Assembly (NCBI RefSeq): GCF_006345805.1
Contig: NC_042999.1
Span: 119,970,001 to 120,034,000 of the forward strand
DNA: 64,000 nucleotides
Source of the DNA: Octopus sinensis
Taxonomy: Eukaryota
Direction: 5' to 3'
In this document: piece after piece, positions 39,016 through 50,150 of the stretch
Position numbering within the stretch: the stretch's first letter is position 1
How the letters are laid out: every line of letters begins with the position of its first letter
Made by a program: the position numbers and the translations under genes
The notes under the pieces: generated by a model
What the model was told of the DNA's origin: nothing
Databases searched by the model: none
Seen by the model: the letters and a program-made list of their open reading frames with translations, nothing else

Positions 39016-40445
39016 TGGTAGAAGCTACCAACATTTGCCTTAGGACATTTGTCATTGTCTTTCGGGTAGTGCGAACGAGTTGGTCAATCACCGCTGGTGT
39101 CCATTTCAGGATGGGTGCACTATAGCGGATAACAGCAACATCCCATATCTTGATGGCAGTCACAGGGTTTTTGAGTTGAACTTTGATTTTAAGAGGAGTT
39201 TGAGGCACTCAAAATATGCAGTGATAAACATATCTTTTTTTTTTCTGTGCAAGATATTGTCCAGCTCCAGGATCTCAAGATACTTGTACCTATCCTCATC
39301 CGGATCTTTCATTCTATCTCCGTTTGGCAATTCTATGTCCCTGTAATTTACTCTTTTCCCCCATTTCAAAGTAAGCACCGCACACATCGCGATTCCGAGT
39401 ACCATTCCTATAATGCTTGCTGCACATTGGTATAGTCTCAACCAGCCTCTCCATTTCAGGCTCTGTTTTTGCGATCAGTTTTAAATCATCCATGAAGAGA
39501 AGCTGATTGAAACGAAATTCATTCTTTCTCAGCTTATAGTGTGCATTGACTTTGCATAGGACTACAGAAAGTGGGTTCAAGGCTATAACAAATAACAGAG
39601 GTGAACAAGAGTCTCTTTGGAGGATATCTCTTTTGATTGTTACCTCGGCTAAGTGTATACACCTTCTCATCTATTCCAAACATGTCGAGTGTTTCCAAAA
39701 TCTACGAATACGGCAACATGTCGTACGCTTTTTTGAATTCTACCCAGGCCATGCATAAGGCTTTTTTGGTACCGTTTAGATTTCTTCATTATAACCTTGT
39801 CTATCACAAGGTGGTCCTCGGTGCTCTCGGATCATTTTCGGCATTCATTTTGTTCTACTGGCAGAAGATTGTTTTCCACAACGAACGTATATATTTTTCC
39901 TGCGAGGGTATCTGTTAATACGTTCCATATGAGGTTAAGACAAACAATGAGTTGGTAATTGCTAACCTCATTGCCCTTTGACCGATCTTTCATTAACAAT
40001 GTTGTTCTTCCCTCTACCACCTATTCCGGAACTGTACTACTCTGTAGGCAATTGTCTAATGGCAACGCAATTCTCTTGAGTATTGACTTAAACCACTTGA
40101 GCCGATGGCCTTGATTTTCGTCTGGTCTTGCTGCTTTCTAGTGCGGCAGTTTTCATATCTGTGCAATGACATCTTCTGTTGTTATGTGCACATGGCTCTG
40201 TCGTGAAGCCTCCGGGTGATGGAGGTCGGATCTCACTGAATGAATCCTCTCAGCACTGTCGTTCTGCGAAAAGTCTCGCTTCTAGATGTTATTGTAAAAT
40301 TGGCGGGTTATCTCTGAATTCGGATATAATCTTCAGTATTTCTTCCTAAGCCCTTACAAAACTGCTTCTGGTTATTTGAGAATAACCGGTCTTGCTGGAA
40401 CTGGAATATGCGATCAGTGTAGCGCTGCAATATTAATGTTTTAGC
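39016..40445 (-). mobile_element. R4/Dong-like non-LTR retrotransposon relic 2 (different subfamily)
   Basis: ORFs 39832-40020 (GRTTLLMKD..KGNEVSNY), 39314-39670 (DSCSPLLFVIALNPLS, LLFMDDLKL), 39160-39441 (YKYLEILE), 39002-39208 (VIRYSA). 5'-truncated at the (TTA)n tract. Confidence 0.92.
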
Positions 40446-40459
40446 CCGCACACACACAT

Positions 40460-40520
40460 TATTATTATTATTGTTGTTGTTGCTGTTATTATTATTATTA
40501 TCATTATATTATTATTATTA

Positions 40521-40574
<54 letters not shown>

Positions 40575-40590
40575 CAATATTATTATTATT
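40460..40590. repeat. (TTA)n microsatellite
   Basis: Direct reading. Confidence 0.95.
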
Positions 40591-40594
40591 TTTA

Positions 40595-40730
40595 TGAGGT
40601 CGACCTTGCCTTTCATCCTTTCGGAGTCGATTAATTAAGTACCAGTGAAACACAGCGGTTGATGTAATCGACTAGTGCTCTCCCCACAAAATTTCAGGCC
40701 TTCTGCTTATAGTAGAAAGGTGTAATAGTA
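40595..40730 (+). mobile_element. SINE family B, 5'-truncated copy
   Basis: gaggtcgaccttgcctttcatcctttcggagtcgattaattaagtaccag matches the family B central domain. Confidence 0.85.
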
Positions 40731-41089
40731 GTAGCGCAATTAGTAGTAGTAGTAGTAGTAAGCAGCAGCAGCTGCAGCATAGTAGTATCACCATCATCAT
40801 CATCATCATTATGTTTCCAATACAGCTGTACAAAATCACTCACATGCCAATTTAATTAGCAAGTATGTTATTCCGTGGTTTGTTTGCAAGAAATCTCTTC
40901 AAATCTAATGAACCTTTCTTCAGATTGTTACGTACCTCAATTCCAATATCTTTCAGCCTTTCAGGGTTTCAGTTTTGTACAGTTTTCACCCATTCTGTGA
41001 TATTGACAGAATTGTATAAAATAATGCCCCGGTCCCTAGCCGTGCTATTTGTTATATTTTGTGCGTATTTGTTAGTTTGGTTAGGCTCT

Positions 41090-41420
41090 TATCTGCGAGT
41101 ATTTTAATCATTCCCAAGGCACCAGATATTACATAAATATACATCTGTATTCAGAATCCCACATTCTCGTTACCTCTATCCCATATCTTCACATTGTTAC
41201 AGCTTCTCTAATAACTTAAACGCAGCATAATTGCCTACATAATTAAGGACGTAATTACTTTTCTGTTGATCGTTACCTACATGCTCCAGCTGATTAAACC
41301 TGATCAACTTAGAGATGATGGTTTGTATATTTTAGAATATAGTTGCTTTGTCATTCTTCGATAAATTTTCTCGTGTACATTTCTATCACATTTGTTTTGT
41401 CGGTATTTCCTAACGTAGCA
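41090..41420 (-). mobile_element. Highly decayed RLE endonuclease fragment (R4-like)
   Basis: Minus translation includes ENDKATIF and VISGALGMI, resembling ENDxAxILWD and IVIGALG motifs. Confidence 0.4.
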
Positions 41421-44400
41421 TAAAATCTCAAACTCTGTCATATCTGGACATATATTCTCACGTGGTAAGACTCAGCAGCAGAGAGAGGGGGAGAGGAGGG
41501 GAGGGAATGAAAGTGTGAGAAGACTGAGAGAATGTAATTATTTATTTCTTCCCAGTCTATAAACACTCTACAGTGTCAATCTGTCATGTTTCATAGCATA
41601 ATATTGATGGCTTCTGGTAAAAAAAAAAAACTCCCGTTCTTTTATTTCACCAAAAAAAAAATCATTCACTCTGTCCTCTTTCTGTTTTTACATTATGTCT
41701 AATTACCTCGTCCTTTCCACTGACAAAGGTTTGTCACTTAAGTCTACATTTTTTTTATTTGCTGGTCTCTTTCAAAAACAGAAATATTTCTTTTTTTGTT
41801 CTGTTTTTTTTTCTTTTGCTAGAGTGTTTTGGTAGTGTTGTTCCACAGTGTACAACTCATAACATTGTTATTATTGTTTGGCAGTATCTAATGTTATTCA
41901 TGCATGTCGTAGCTATACCACGATTTATCAGCTTTGTAGAAAGAAGCGATCTAATCAATAATTAAAGAACGACAAAGGCTACAGAGACGATGTTATTACA
42001 CGCGCGCTGATGTCTTTACTTGCACTTCAAATGATCCTATCAACTAATATATAAATGCCTTGCTGAACACGTAAGAGATTATGAGATGAATCGGATTAAC
42101 CTATAAATTTGCAGACTACAAATTATTACAGTATTTGTCAGTTTGTTTTACTGGATGATATATTTTCGTTAATGTTGCTATTGTTTTCGCTAAGACTATT
42201 ACTTTATCTGTTCGCGTGATATGCTAAACTGAATAATGCATAATACTGGTCTAATGATGCATTAATTATGTATTATTCTAAACATTATAATGATAGCTTC
42301 TAGAGTTACGAATGATCAAATCAATATGGTGCTGATCAGCGAACTGAGAACTGCACTAAACTCTGTCCATGGCTATGGCACTTTTTCAGTGTCAGTTCAG
42401 CTAATTCCAAATAAGTATCATAGTAAATTTATGAATCACACACTAATTGACAAGTTTCGCCAAGCTTCAGCGTTACAATTCTCAAATGTCCGCAGAAAAT
42501 GTGCTGGACGTCAACATTATTACTCAGCTCTGGCTAAAAGAACCTAAATAAATTGATTAAACTTGTCATATATTGGCTTTCTTCTGCTTCTTATTCTGAA
42601 TGCGCAAGTTGAATTAGTTTCAAGATTTCGCTGCGAACTAAATAGACCTCATATGGAATTCCATTACCAGACAGGTTTCTTACCAAACTATGAAGGATTA
42701 TACGCAGGCTAAAATATTAACTTTAAATTAGTTGAAGAATATGTTTTGTAATTCACACTCATTCCTCGCTGGTAATTGGAGTAAATGGAATGTTTCAAAT
42801 AGGAACAAACCAAGAGCTCGTGGAATATATAATTAGAAACTTAACAATGATTGAAATCACATAACGATATTTTGCGTCTGCGAAAATAAGAACAAATTAC
42901 GCATTCACACATCTCACCTGAAGTTATTCACTGCACAAATGCCACATTAAAGGCAGAATATCTCATAGAGTCTTTACTCAAAAACCTTCGGACATCCGTA
43001 CAACATGGTAATTATAAATTGAATTATACTGTAAAATACATCATAAGTATATTGCTCCGTAAGGCAAATATTGCAATTTATTTGTCAACACAGTCAGTAT
43101 TATTTTCTGGTCTCCAATTTATCTTCCATCTTAGATGTTAAAGTTGATGTCACTGTGTGCGTAGCACATTGAGTAACTTTGGCTTTTAAGCAATTCTTCA
43201 GATTTCCTTATTGGTTCTGAGGCGCCGTTATTTTATTTGAATCATCAGCTTTTAGTCAAGTAGCTACATATGCAAATGTGATCTATCGCTGAACTATGTA
43301 AGAAGGTTAATCAAGTTCTTGAAACCATCTTCCTAAGCATTCATATGCACATCCTTCATGCAACCAAAGTCAAATCGCGAAATAATTTAACTGCAGGTGT
43401 GATACAACCTTATAATCTTAAAATAATTCATACGATACATAGACGGAGGAATTTACGTATATAGAGCAACTAAATACCTTTAAAATAGACATGGTGTTGC
43501 TGGAAATTACCGCTAAGTCTGTTTCACAGAACACAAATGAAACATATTTGTCCTTGGGTTTCTCCGACAAAAACATGAACAACCATTTGAAATTCATCTT
43601 CATTACTAAACTGAAAGTAATGCGACACCAGCAAGATATTCGCCAAGGTCTGATATAAAAACCTCTTATATACATTATAGATCAATAAATTTCATTTTTT
43701 TATTTCTAAACCAAAATAATTTTGTTTGACTAAAACTCTTTATGTTTGTACTGAAGCGCTGTCTATGAACTCACTATGTCAAATTTTGTGAAAAACAACG
43801 TTCAGTTATTCTTGCTATATTCCAAAGTAATGTCCCAACGTAGATATTGTTCTTCACGCCTTCATAAACCAAAACTGAATTTTACTTGCCTCGTGACTGT
43901 TGACTCACACATAAGAGGAGAAATATGATCTAAATATCAGATGATAAAGTAAAATCCCACAGGTCAACGAATATTAGGTATTACCCAAGAAATTCAATGT
44001 ATGCACTCCTACATTGGCTCTGTTTCTCAGAACTAGTCACCTTCACAGTCTTGCTTACTGAATATAACTTTATTTTCTGTTCCATCTACTCTCGTTTTCA
44101 ATATCAGAGATACCGCACGAATACACCTGTAGCTCACTCGAATTCACCTACAGTAAACTTCGACTGAAAGATGATTGAACTCAAAAATCAAGAGCTCTAC
44201 ATCACTAGTGTAGGGAAAAATTTCCGCTTCTCATTCATTAACTTATACATATGCGATACAAAATCTATATATATTACGCCATGCTAAGACCAGTTTGCAT
44301 ATCCACTCACAATTTCACATACAAAACAATGAATACTCTAATCTCAGCACATTTAAAAATGATATACTTACACGTACACTCCTAAATGTGCATCTATGTG

Positions 44401-44580
44401 TATACCACATACAGAAGGTGAGACGCGGGCACGCATTTGCATAATACACTCCACACACACATATATATATGTATATACATATATGTATATGTATGTGTGT
44501 GTGTATACGTATATATGTGTGTGTATGTATGTGTATATATATATATATGTGTGTGTGTGTGTATGTGTGTGTATATATAT

Positions 44581-44773
44581 AGTTCGATCCACGCAGTGAC
44601 CTGACTAATGATAATAATAATAATAATAATAACATGAAAAAATACTTTGGGAATGAGAACCCAGGTTTGAAATTTACCCAAGACACCTGATGAAGGCTGG
44701 AGGATATATCAAACGAAACGTTGTGTCAACAACAAACAAGATGAGGACAAATATCTGTCAAATGTAAATAATG
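44581..44773 (+). mobile_element. tRNA-headed hammerhead-containing element, 5'-truncated copy
   Basis: B-box-like AGTTCGATCC, GCAGTGACCTGA, (AAT)n, GAGAACCCAGGTT, hammerhead, tail. Collinear with 61680-62112. Confidence 0.85.
44682..44727 (+). ncRNA. Type I hammerhead ribozyme motif
   Basis: GACAC-CTGATGA-AGGCTG...CAAAC-GAAA-CGTT-GTGTC. Perfect 5-bp stem I; stem II has two mismatches in this copy. Confidence 0.62.
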
Positions 44774-44777
44774 TATA

Positions 44778-44810
<33 letters not shown>

Positions 44811-44922
44811 CTTTATTTTAAGCAGCAGAAAATTCAACATATTAAAATAAAGCATATTACTCTACCACTGGTATTTGAGTACTCTTTTTTCCACCTTGTT
44901 TCACATTTATGTGTTTACTCCG

Positions 44923-45030
<108 letters not shown>

Positions 45031-45038
45031 GAGAGAGA

Positions 45039-45271
45039 TATTTGTAAAAAAGAAGTTTGAAAACGCCACTATATTAGATAAATTTTAATTTTCTTAGAAA
45101 TTTTACATGTTTCGGTTCTTGAAAAAACGAACCTTATCAAAAATATTTTTAAAAGTTAAGTGTAATAGAAAAGTTCATAATTGTTTCTTCACGCTGATGA
45201 ACCTTCATGTTCCAGATGTGTTATCAAATTTATCTAATATGATGGCGTTTTCAAACTTTTTTTTACAAATA
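45039..45271. mobile_element. Small MITE-like element with ~45-bp TIRs
   Basis: tttgtaaaaaagaagtttgaaaacgccactatattagataaattt (45041-45085) is the near reverse complement of 45226-45269. TA termini within microsatellite. Confidence 0.7.
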
Positions 45272-45306
45272 TATACCCACTCGTATACGATCTACACTTA
45301 TTATAA

Positions 45307-45358
<52 letters not shown>

Positions 45359-46047
45359 GTGTGTGTGTACATATATGTGTGTGTGTGTACATATATATGT
45401 GTGTGTGCATATATAACTGACCAGTTATATCGAAAGCTGGACTTAGGTCAATCCTATTACGTGCAATAGGTAGTAAGTCTTTACAGTATATCAGTAAGTA
45501 AATAACAATAATTAATTGATGGGCATTTCATTAGGATAAACTTTTAGTTAGTCCTATTAACATAATCTTAAGAATTATTATTTCTTCAAAACGCTATGAC
45601 GCTATCTCTCCCTCTTTTTCTAGACCTATTGGCGTATCCCGTTATGGTAATTTTTTAATTTTACTTATTTAGTACCTATACACCTTGTTACCGTCATAGA
45701 AAAATTAACCCACCAATTAATATTTTAAATTCAGTCATTTACTCAACGACCTGAAGCGTCAGGTAAGCCTTTCATCTTCTCGAAGCTCTTCCTGTTTTCT
45801 TTCCTTTTCTTTCATGTATTTCACGCTGATGAACCTTCATGTTCCAGATGTGTTATCAAATATGATGAATATTATTTTCAGAATTTTCAATGGCAATACC
45901 GGGGGACATTGGAAACAGAAACAGCTGTTAGATGGAATACAATCTATTTGTATTAAAACGTAATAATTAATGTTAGTTAATTGTTGTTGACCAATATTTC
46001 TCCATTTTCTGTGTATTTTAAAGTTATATATAAGAAAACATACATCC

Positions 46048-46284
46048 GCCCTTTTTAAAGCTTAGCCAGGCTCATGAGCCCGGTTTCCCGGTTTCTATGA
46101 CGTATGTATTCCCCAGTTGGACACGATACTAGTCCATCGCAGCGTTACTCATTTTTGTCAGCTGAGTGGACAGGAGCAACGTGAAATGAAGTGTTTTGCT
46201 CAAGAACACAACGCATCGCCCGGCCCAGGAATCGAAACCACAATCTTACGATTACGCCCTAACCACTAAGCCACGCGCCTCCAC
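46048..46284 (-). mobile_element. tRNA-derived CORE-type SINE (family D)
   Basis: Minus strand GGAGGCGCGTGGCTTAGTGGTTAGGG...GGTTTCGATTCC (A/B boxes), then TGTGTTCTTGAGCAAAACACTT...CCACTCAGCTG (CORE-like). Confidence 0.85.
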
Positions 46285-46289
46285 AAAAT

Positions 46290-46320
<31 letters not shown>

Positions 46321-46369
46321 GTATTTGTATATATATGTCTGTGTGTGTGTGTATGTGTGTGTGTATATA

Positions 46370-46437
<68 letters not shown>

Positions 46438-46467
46438 CACATATATATATATATATATATATATATC

Positions 46468-46525
<58 letters not shown>
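46290..46525. repeat. (TA)n/(TG)n compound microsatellite
   Basis: Direct reading. Confidence 0.97.
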
Positions 46526-46529
<4 letters not shown>

Positions 46530-47450
46530 TTTGTTGTTTTCATCACTGTTTAGAATTATCTTTAAAAATTTTCATACATTATATAAATGTAATTTTTGAA
46601 CTTTGAATCCGAATTTGTTACTCCTTTATTCCAGAAAAAATCTCGCAAAAATCTTACAAGTGATCAAAGTTTGATCATTTTCATAATTATCAGCCAATCA
46701 GAACATATCGCGTTCGCTGCCTCTTCAATCCTCAGGTGTGGGGAGCATCGGCATATGAAAAGGTTCGAGTGCAAATGAAATATTTAAATGCTACTAGCAA
46801 ACCAACTGGAGTTGCTAGAAATAACATTCAAAACGTTAAAATATACACGAACATTTAGAGAGGAATATATAAACATACAAACTTACTCAAATATCTTTGT
46901 GTTACATCAAAGCACAAGAGAAAAATAGTTTTTATATTAACGAAACCATAACATGCTTGACTAATAGACCCAGCCTTAGAAATAAAAGAGGAATTTCCCT
47001 AAATGACAACAGCAACAAACAAGATAGAATCAGCCTAAGTTTACCACCGACATACATTATTTTGTTAAAACAAATTTGACACTCCCATACTTAAACACTG
47101 GAATTTGAACTTTTGACCTTTATATTATCGAAGCAAGAAGCAACACAAATAATGTCACTCTTTGTGCCTACTTATCAAAAGAGACGCACCTACAGGGTTG
47201 TTAACAAATTTCTATATGCATGAATAACTTCTAAACAATACGATAATCACAAATTTAATCAAGAAAAACTTTTACAATTCTACTTCCACACTCAAATACA
47301 CACACCCAAAGATATTTTTAACTCAAAGGAGTCAATATAAAGGCAAGATTAATCGGATGCATCACTGTCCGGCGATGGCTTAACTGTCCGAAAGAGTCCG
47401 ATGTCATTGTCAAGAACATTCTAGTATAAAAATTATGTATGTATATATGT

Positions 47451-47493
<43 letters not shown>

Positions 47494-47494
47494 G

Positions 47495-47527
<33 letters not shown>

Positions 47528-47551
47528 GTATATATATATGTATATTATATA

Positions 47552-47632
<81 letters not shown>

Positions 47633-47633
<1 letters not shown>

Positions 47634-47934
47634 GCGGAATGGCCCAGTGGTTAGGGCAGCGGACTCGCGGTCGCAGGATCGCGGTTTCGATTCCCAGACC
47701 GGGCGTTGTGAGTGTTTATTGAGAAAAAACACCTAAAAGCTCTACGACGCTCCAGCAGGGGATGGTGATCCCTGCTGTACTCTTTCACCACTCTTTCTCC
47801 CACCCTTTGTTCTGTTGGCCTGCTCACTTAGCCAGCGGGGTGGCGTCATTCGAGGGCTAAAACAATGCGAACGCATTGTGACCAGCGATGTGTAACAACA
47901 TCTGATGGTCTGCTCGGTCACGTGATCACGTGAT
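47633..47934 (+). mobile_element. tRNA-derived SINE family C, full length
   Basis: GGCGGAATGGCCCAGTGGTTAGGGCAGCGGACTCGCGGTCGCAGGATCGCGGTTTCGATTCCC (A/B boxes). Ends in CACGTGATCACGTGAT + (TA)n. Homologous to 49183-49487. Confidence 0.9.
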
Positions 47935-47959
47935 ATATATATATATATATATATATGAT

Positions 47960-47993
<34 letters not shown>

Positions 47994-48075
47994 TGTATTC
48001 TTTAGTATTTAGCAGGAGTAACAGAGTGACTCATATTTTGTGTTCCATTTATCCTGCTTGCATCAACATACATAT

Positions 48076-48122
<47 letters not shown>

Positions 48123-49182
48123 ATATATGTATGTATAGTATCATGAGGTTAAATCAATCTGTATTATTACAACGATACAGCAAACACATATGGCTTTATG
48201 TTCCAGATAAAGACAAATGAAAGCAAAGATCATATAAGTTACAAGATGGAATAACACTGAACCCTGTAAGAAATAGTAAGAAAAGAACTTTGTAACATCT
48301 ATAATGAAGCTGTGTCAGTGCCTATCTGAGCAACGAAAATTTCAAACCTCATGAAATAAATCCATTTTTATGTGCTATTAACTTATATGAATTGTTCTAT
48401 ATCTATGTTTATCTGTATGTATACATTTGTGTGTATATGTCTGTGAATGTGATTATCTGTGTATGTGTGCGTAACGACCAACTTATTTCTGCTATTTTTC
48501 CGTCATTTTCCTCTTGCTATATATATATGTAGTTATTCAAGAGATACCAAAAACTCATTAAAACAGACCCAATCACTGCTATCGTCCACAGGAGTCACCT
48601 GATCATTTAACATCCTACTACTATCAACCCATCCTGTATTCCCTTATTCTCTCTTCTTCTCTTTCTTCTTCTTCTTCGTCTTCTTACTCTCCGCCACCTC
48701 CTTCCTACTTTACTACTACTGCTGTTTAGAATAACACCTGCGTAAATATTGTAAACAATACATTCAAAAGAGATATCTCAAGCATTCGATCACTACTACC
48801 ATCATCAACATGTCACTTTCAGGGCACTTGACCATTTAAAGTTCTAGTATTGACATATCACTCCCACATTCTTTTTCTCCTCCTCCTCCTCCTTCTTCTT
48901 CTTCTTCTTCTTCTTCTCTTCTTCTTCTTCTCTGCCATGAATTCACAACCCACAAGAGTAAACAAGAGAGACAGAGATAGGCAGAAACAAGGAGAATGCA
49001 CCTTATATTTGAATACTATGCAAATATTCTTTCAAAAAAACTTTTCAATTAATTTTTCCAAAACTTAATTATTTTCCATAATTACAGTTGAAAAAGTCTC
49101 AATGACCGAAACTGGTAGTGAAATGTTTCTTATAAAATTATTTCACCATTTCCTACCTTGAATTTTTTCGATATATATATAT

Positions 49183-49487
49183 TACCGTGATCACCATCAC
49201 AGGCTATCAGATGTTGCTACACATCGCTGGTCAAAATGCGCTTCACATTGTTTTAGCCTTCAAATGATGCCGCACTGCTGGCTAAGCGAGCAGGCCAACA
49301 GAAGAAAGAGTGAGAGAAAGTTGTGGCGAAAGAGTACAGCAGGGATCTACCCCCCCCCCCTGCCGGAGCTTCGTGGAGCTTTAGGTGTGTTTCGCTCAAT
49401 AAACACACACAAACTCAGTCTGGGAATCGAAACCCCAATCCTACGATCGCAAGTCCACTGCCCTAACCACTGGAACATTGTGCCTCC
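49183..49487 (-). mobile_element. SINE family C copy
   Basis: Reverse-complement match to 47633-47934. Confidence 0.88.
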
Positions 49488-49599
49488 ACATATAAATATA
49501 TATATATGTGCGTGTGTGTGCGTTTGTGCGTGTCTGAGTCTCTGTGTGTGTATGTGTGGGGGTGTATACATATATATATATATATAGACAGACAGAGAT

Positions 49600-49723
<124 letters not shown>

Positions 49724-49774
49724 ATAAAAGCACATGTTATATGTCTCTACCTGTATAAAATGCGGAAGTATAAA

Positions 49775-50150
49775 TAATCCTTTCTACTATATGCACGCAC
49801 AGGGTTAGAAATTTCGATTACGTCGACCCATTATTCATCTGGTATTTAATTTAGAGACACCGAAAGGACGAAAGGCAAAGTCGAGTTCAGAAGATTCTGA
49901 AAACGAATGAAATGCCAGTAAGCATTTTGCACGGCTTGAACGATTGTGTTGATATAATTATATACATTTATATGATTATTTTCTTTCAATGTTGGTGCCA
50001 GTTAAGGAAGCGAACTTGGTAGAATCTTAAGCATGTTGGTCAAAATTCTTAGCTTCCTTTCGGAGTCGATAAAATAAGTACCAGTTAAACACTGTGATCG
50101 ATGTAATCAAGTTCTCCCCCCCCCTTAGTTTGCTAGCATTGTACAGGAAT
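49775..50150. mobile_element. Two diverged SINE family B copies in opposite orientation (49775-49950 minus, 50010-50150 plus)
   Basis: aaaggacgaaaggcaaagtcga (minus) and cctttcggagtcgataaaataagtaccagtt (plus). Confidence 0.7.

Noticed and set aside
45194-45215. CTGATGA box (also 45826)
   Set aside because: No downstream GAAA or stems, so not a hammerhead.
47633-47705. tRNA-like sequences at SINE heads (also 46210-46284, 780-854, 62041-62112)
   Set aside because: No complete cloverleaf or acceptor stem, and each runs into a SINE body, so they are not tRNA genes.
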